IMG/VR virus record: IMGVR_UViG_3300022555_000015
Origin: a virus
Lineage: Duplodnaviria > Heunggongvirae > Uroviricota > Caudoviricetes
Reading direction: 5' to 3' (one strand)
DNA length: 24,780 nucleotides
This document shows positions 24,061 through 24,780 of this stretch, piece by piece. The position numbers were made by a program, and so were the translations under genes. Under the pieces are notes generated by a model. The model searched no databases. It saw nothing but the letters and a program-made list of their open reading frames with translations, and was not told the DNA's origin. Numbering within the stretch: the stretch's first letter is position 1; each line of letters begins with the position of its first letter.

Positions 24061-24270
24061 CTAGCCCTTGCGCTGTACAAACTCGTACAGTTTCTCAGAC
24101 AGTTCGATGACTTCTTCTGCCGTAGGCGGGGTAGGCATAGGGAGAGGGTTATTTGCTCTCTTAGCATTATCTTCCAGGACTACCCTCTTTGCGTGCCAAC
24201 TTTCGAAGAGCATGTCCTTGGCAGCAATAAGAATAGACTGACGAATCTCGTAACCGTTGATCGAACTCAT
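24061..24270 (-). CDS. Small phage hypothetical protein (69 aa)
   Basis: ATG24270 with SD GAGG. The YEIRxxILxxAKDML...PTAEEVIxxxEKLYEFV pattern recalls small conserved myophage proteins (recollection, not searched). The track's start at 24333 runs through a hairpin. Confidence 0.65.
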   Translation of the reverse strand: MSSINGYEIRQSILIAAKDMLFESWHAKRVVLEDNAKRANNPLPMPTPPTAEEVIELSEKLYEFVQRKG

Positions 24271-24288
24271 GGGAACCTCTGTGTTCTG

Positions 24289-24338
24289 GGGTGGTGTGTG
24301 ATGTGGACGCCCCAGCCGTGCCACAACACACACTACCC
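24289..24338. other. Long imperfect intergenic stem-loop (~21 bp)
   Basis: GGGTGGTGTGTGATGTGG-ACG-CCCCAGC-CGT-G-CCACAACACACACTACCC pairs with one A.A mismatch, one bulge and one G.U. Confidence 0.65.
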
Positions 24339-24358
24339 TTGAACTTCATGGGTTGTGA

Positions 24359-24511
24359 TTAAAGCATAGTGTTCTCAAACTTCAAGAAGTCATCGTTCAG
24401 GTCATTGAACAGACCTTCACAGTTATCACAGTATTCAATGAGACTCAAGAGATCATCAATGAAGTCTCGGGTCCAGACCAGAGGGCGAGAGGCCAAACGT
24501 AGGATTCTCAT
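24359..24511 (-). CDS. Small hypothetical protein (50 aa), not in the ORF track
   Basis: MRILRLASRPLVWTRDFIDDLLSLIEYCDNCEGLFNDLNDDFLKFENTML*. The ATG lies 2 nt after the upstream TGA on the same strand. Confidence 0.5.
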   Translation of the reverse strand: MRILRLASRPLVWTRDFIDDLLSLIEYCDNCEGLFNDLNDDFLKFENTML

Positions 24512-24513
24512 GG

Positions 24514-24780
24514 TCAACCGTACACTTTCTGGACAAAGTCAGTCACCTGACGGGCAATCTCATACACGTCCATCCAATAGAAACCGGCACAACAAAAACA
24601 ATTGGTTTCAATCACCTTCAAACCATCAGGGGTGTCTGCCACGTCCAACATGAATAGGGGCTGTGGGGAATAAAGTCCAGCCATCTTTTCGGCAAACTGG
24701 ATGACAGTTTCGGGTACATCCCCGCCCTGATTGAACTTCCCTTCCACTCGGTAGGTACTAGCCGTGATGGCTTTGCCCTG
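24514..24780 (-). CDS. ATP-grasp domain protein (DUF4343-like), 5'-truncated by the window edge
   Basis: Frame is open to the edge (QGKAITASTYRVEG...). FMLDVADTPDGLKVIETNCFCCAGFY matches the ATP-grasp C-terminal D...IExN motif. Confidence 0.7.
   Translation of the reverse strand, partial: QGKAITASTYRVEGKFNQGGDVPETVIQFAEKMAGLYSPQPLFMLDVADTPDGLKVIETNCFCCAGFYWMDVYEIARQVTDFVQKVYG

Noticed and set aside
24271-24358. tRNA or intrinsic terminator in the largest right-end gap
   Set aside because: There is no cloverleaf, T-loop or CCA, and no U-tract after the stem.
317-24653. Numerous antisense or alternate-frame ORFs in the track (e.g. 987-1328, 3160-3585, 4692-5012, 9035-9553, 10887-11369, 10931-11425, 15305-15733, 20714-21283, 23178-23447, 24369-24653)
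   Set aside because: They are shadows of better-supported genes, with no motifs or SD and with Ser/Arg/Pro-rich off-frame composition.
1-24780. Stop-codon reassignment (TAG to Gln), suggested by many TAG stops and in-frame downstream starts at 3283, 9227 and 21749
   Set aside because: The 899- and 1133-aa genes are intact under the standard code, so TAG is not used as a sense codon. In-frame neighbours are expected about one time in three, and 9227 has its own SD.

Overview
Densely coding 24.8 kb segment, most likely from a large, probably jumbo, tailed dsDNA phage. This is inferred from gene content, since no capsid, terminase or tail gene lies in the window. It uses the standard genetic code. 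Left arm (1-7.4 kb): replication module with a DnaC/IstB-like loader that has lost its Walker motifs, a DnaB-like helicase, a stand-alone CHC2 primase zinc-binding protein, thymidine kinase, and a family A DNA polymerase with two notable insertions. Middle (7.4-12.6 kb): Pro-rich hypotheticals, a membrane protein/lipoprotein trio, a tandem cold-shock protein, a secreted lysozyme/SLT-like protein and an AdoMetDC (SpeD)-like proenzyme. Right arm (12.6-24.8 kb): large SNF2 ATPase, zincin metalloprotease, free-standing GIY-YIG/NUMOD3 homing endonuclease, Ntn-hydrolase, GH73-like endolysin with a PG-binding domain, GroES, a WGR-domain protein and a partial ATP-grasp gene. The main candidate novel system is a set of unrelated proteins (Ntn-hydrolase, the 19527 protein, the WGR protein) carrying clustered [K/R]-x-A motifs in leaders or linkers at domain boundaries. 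One site lies directly before the predicted N-terminal Cys nucleophile (MEKTA|C). This suggests protease-matured, possibly virion-packaged cargo enzymes. All family calls come from motif recognition by eye; no database search was run. No tRNA, rRNA or CRISPR array was seen.
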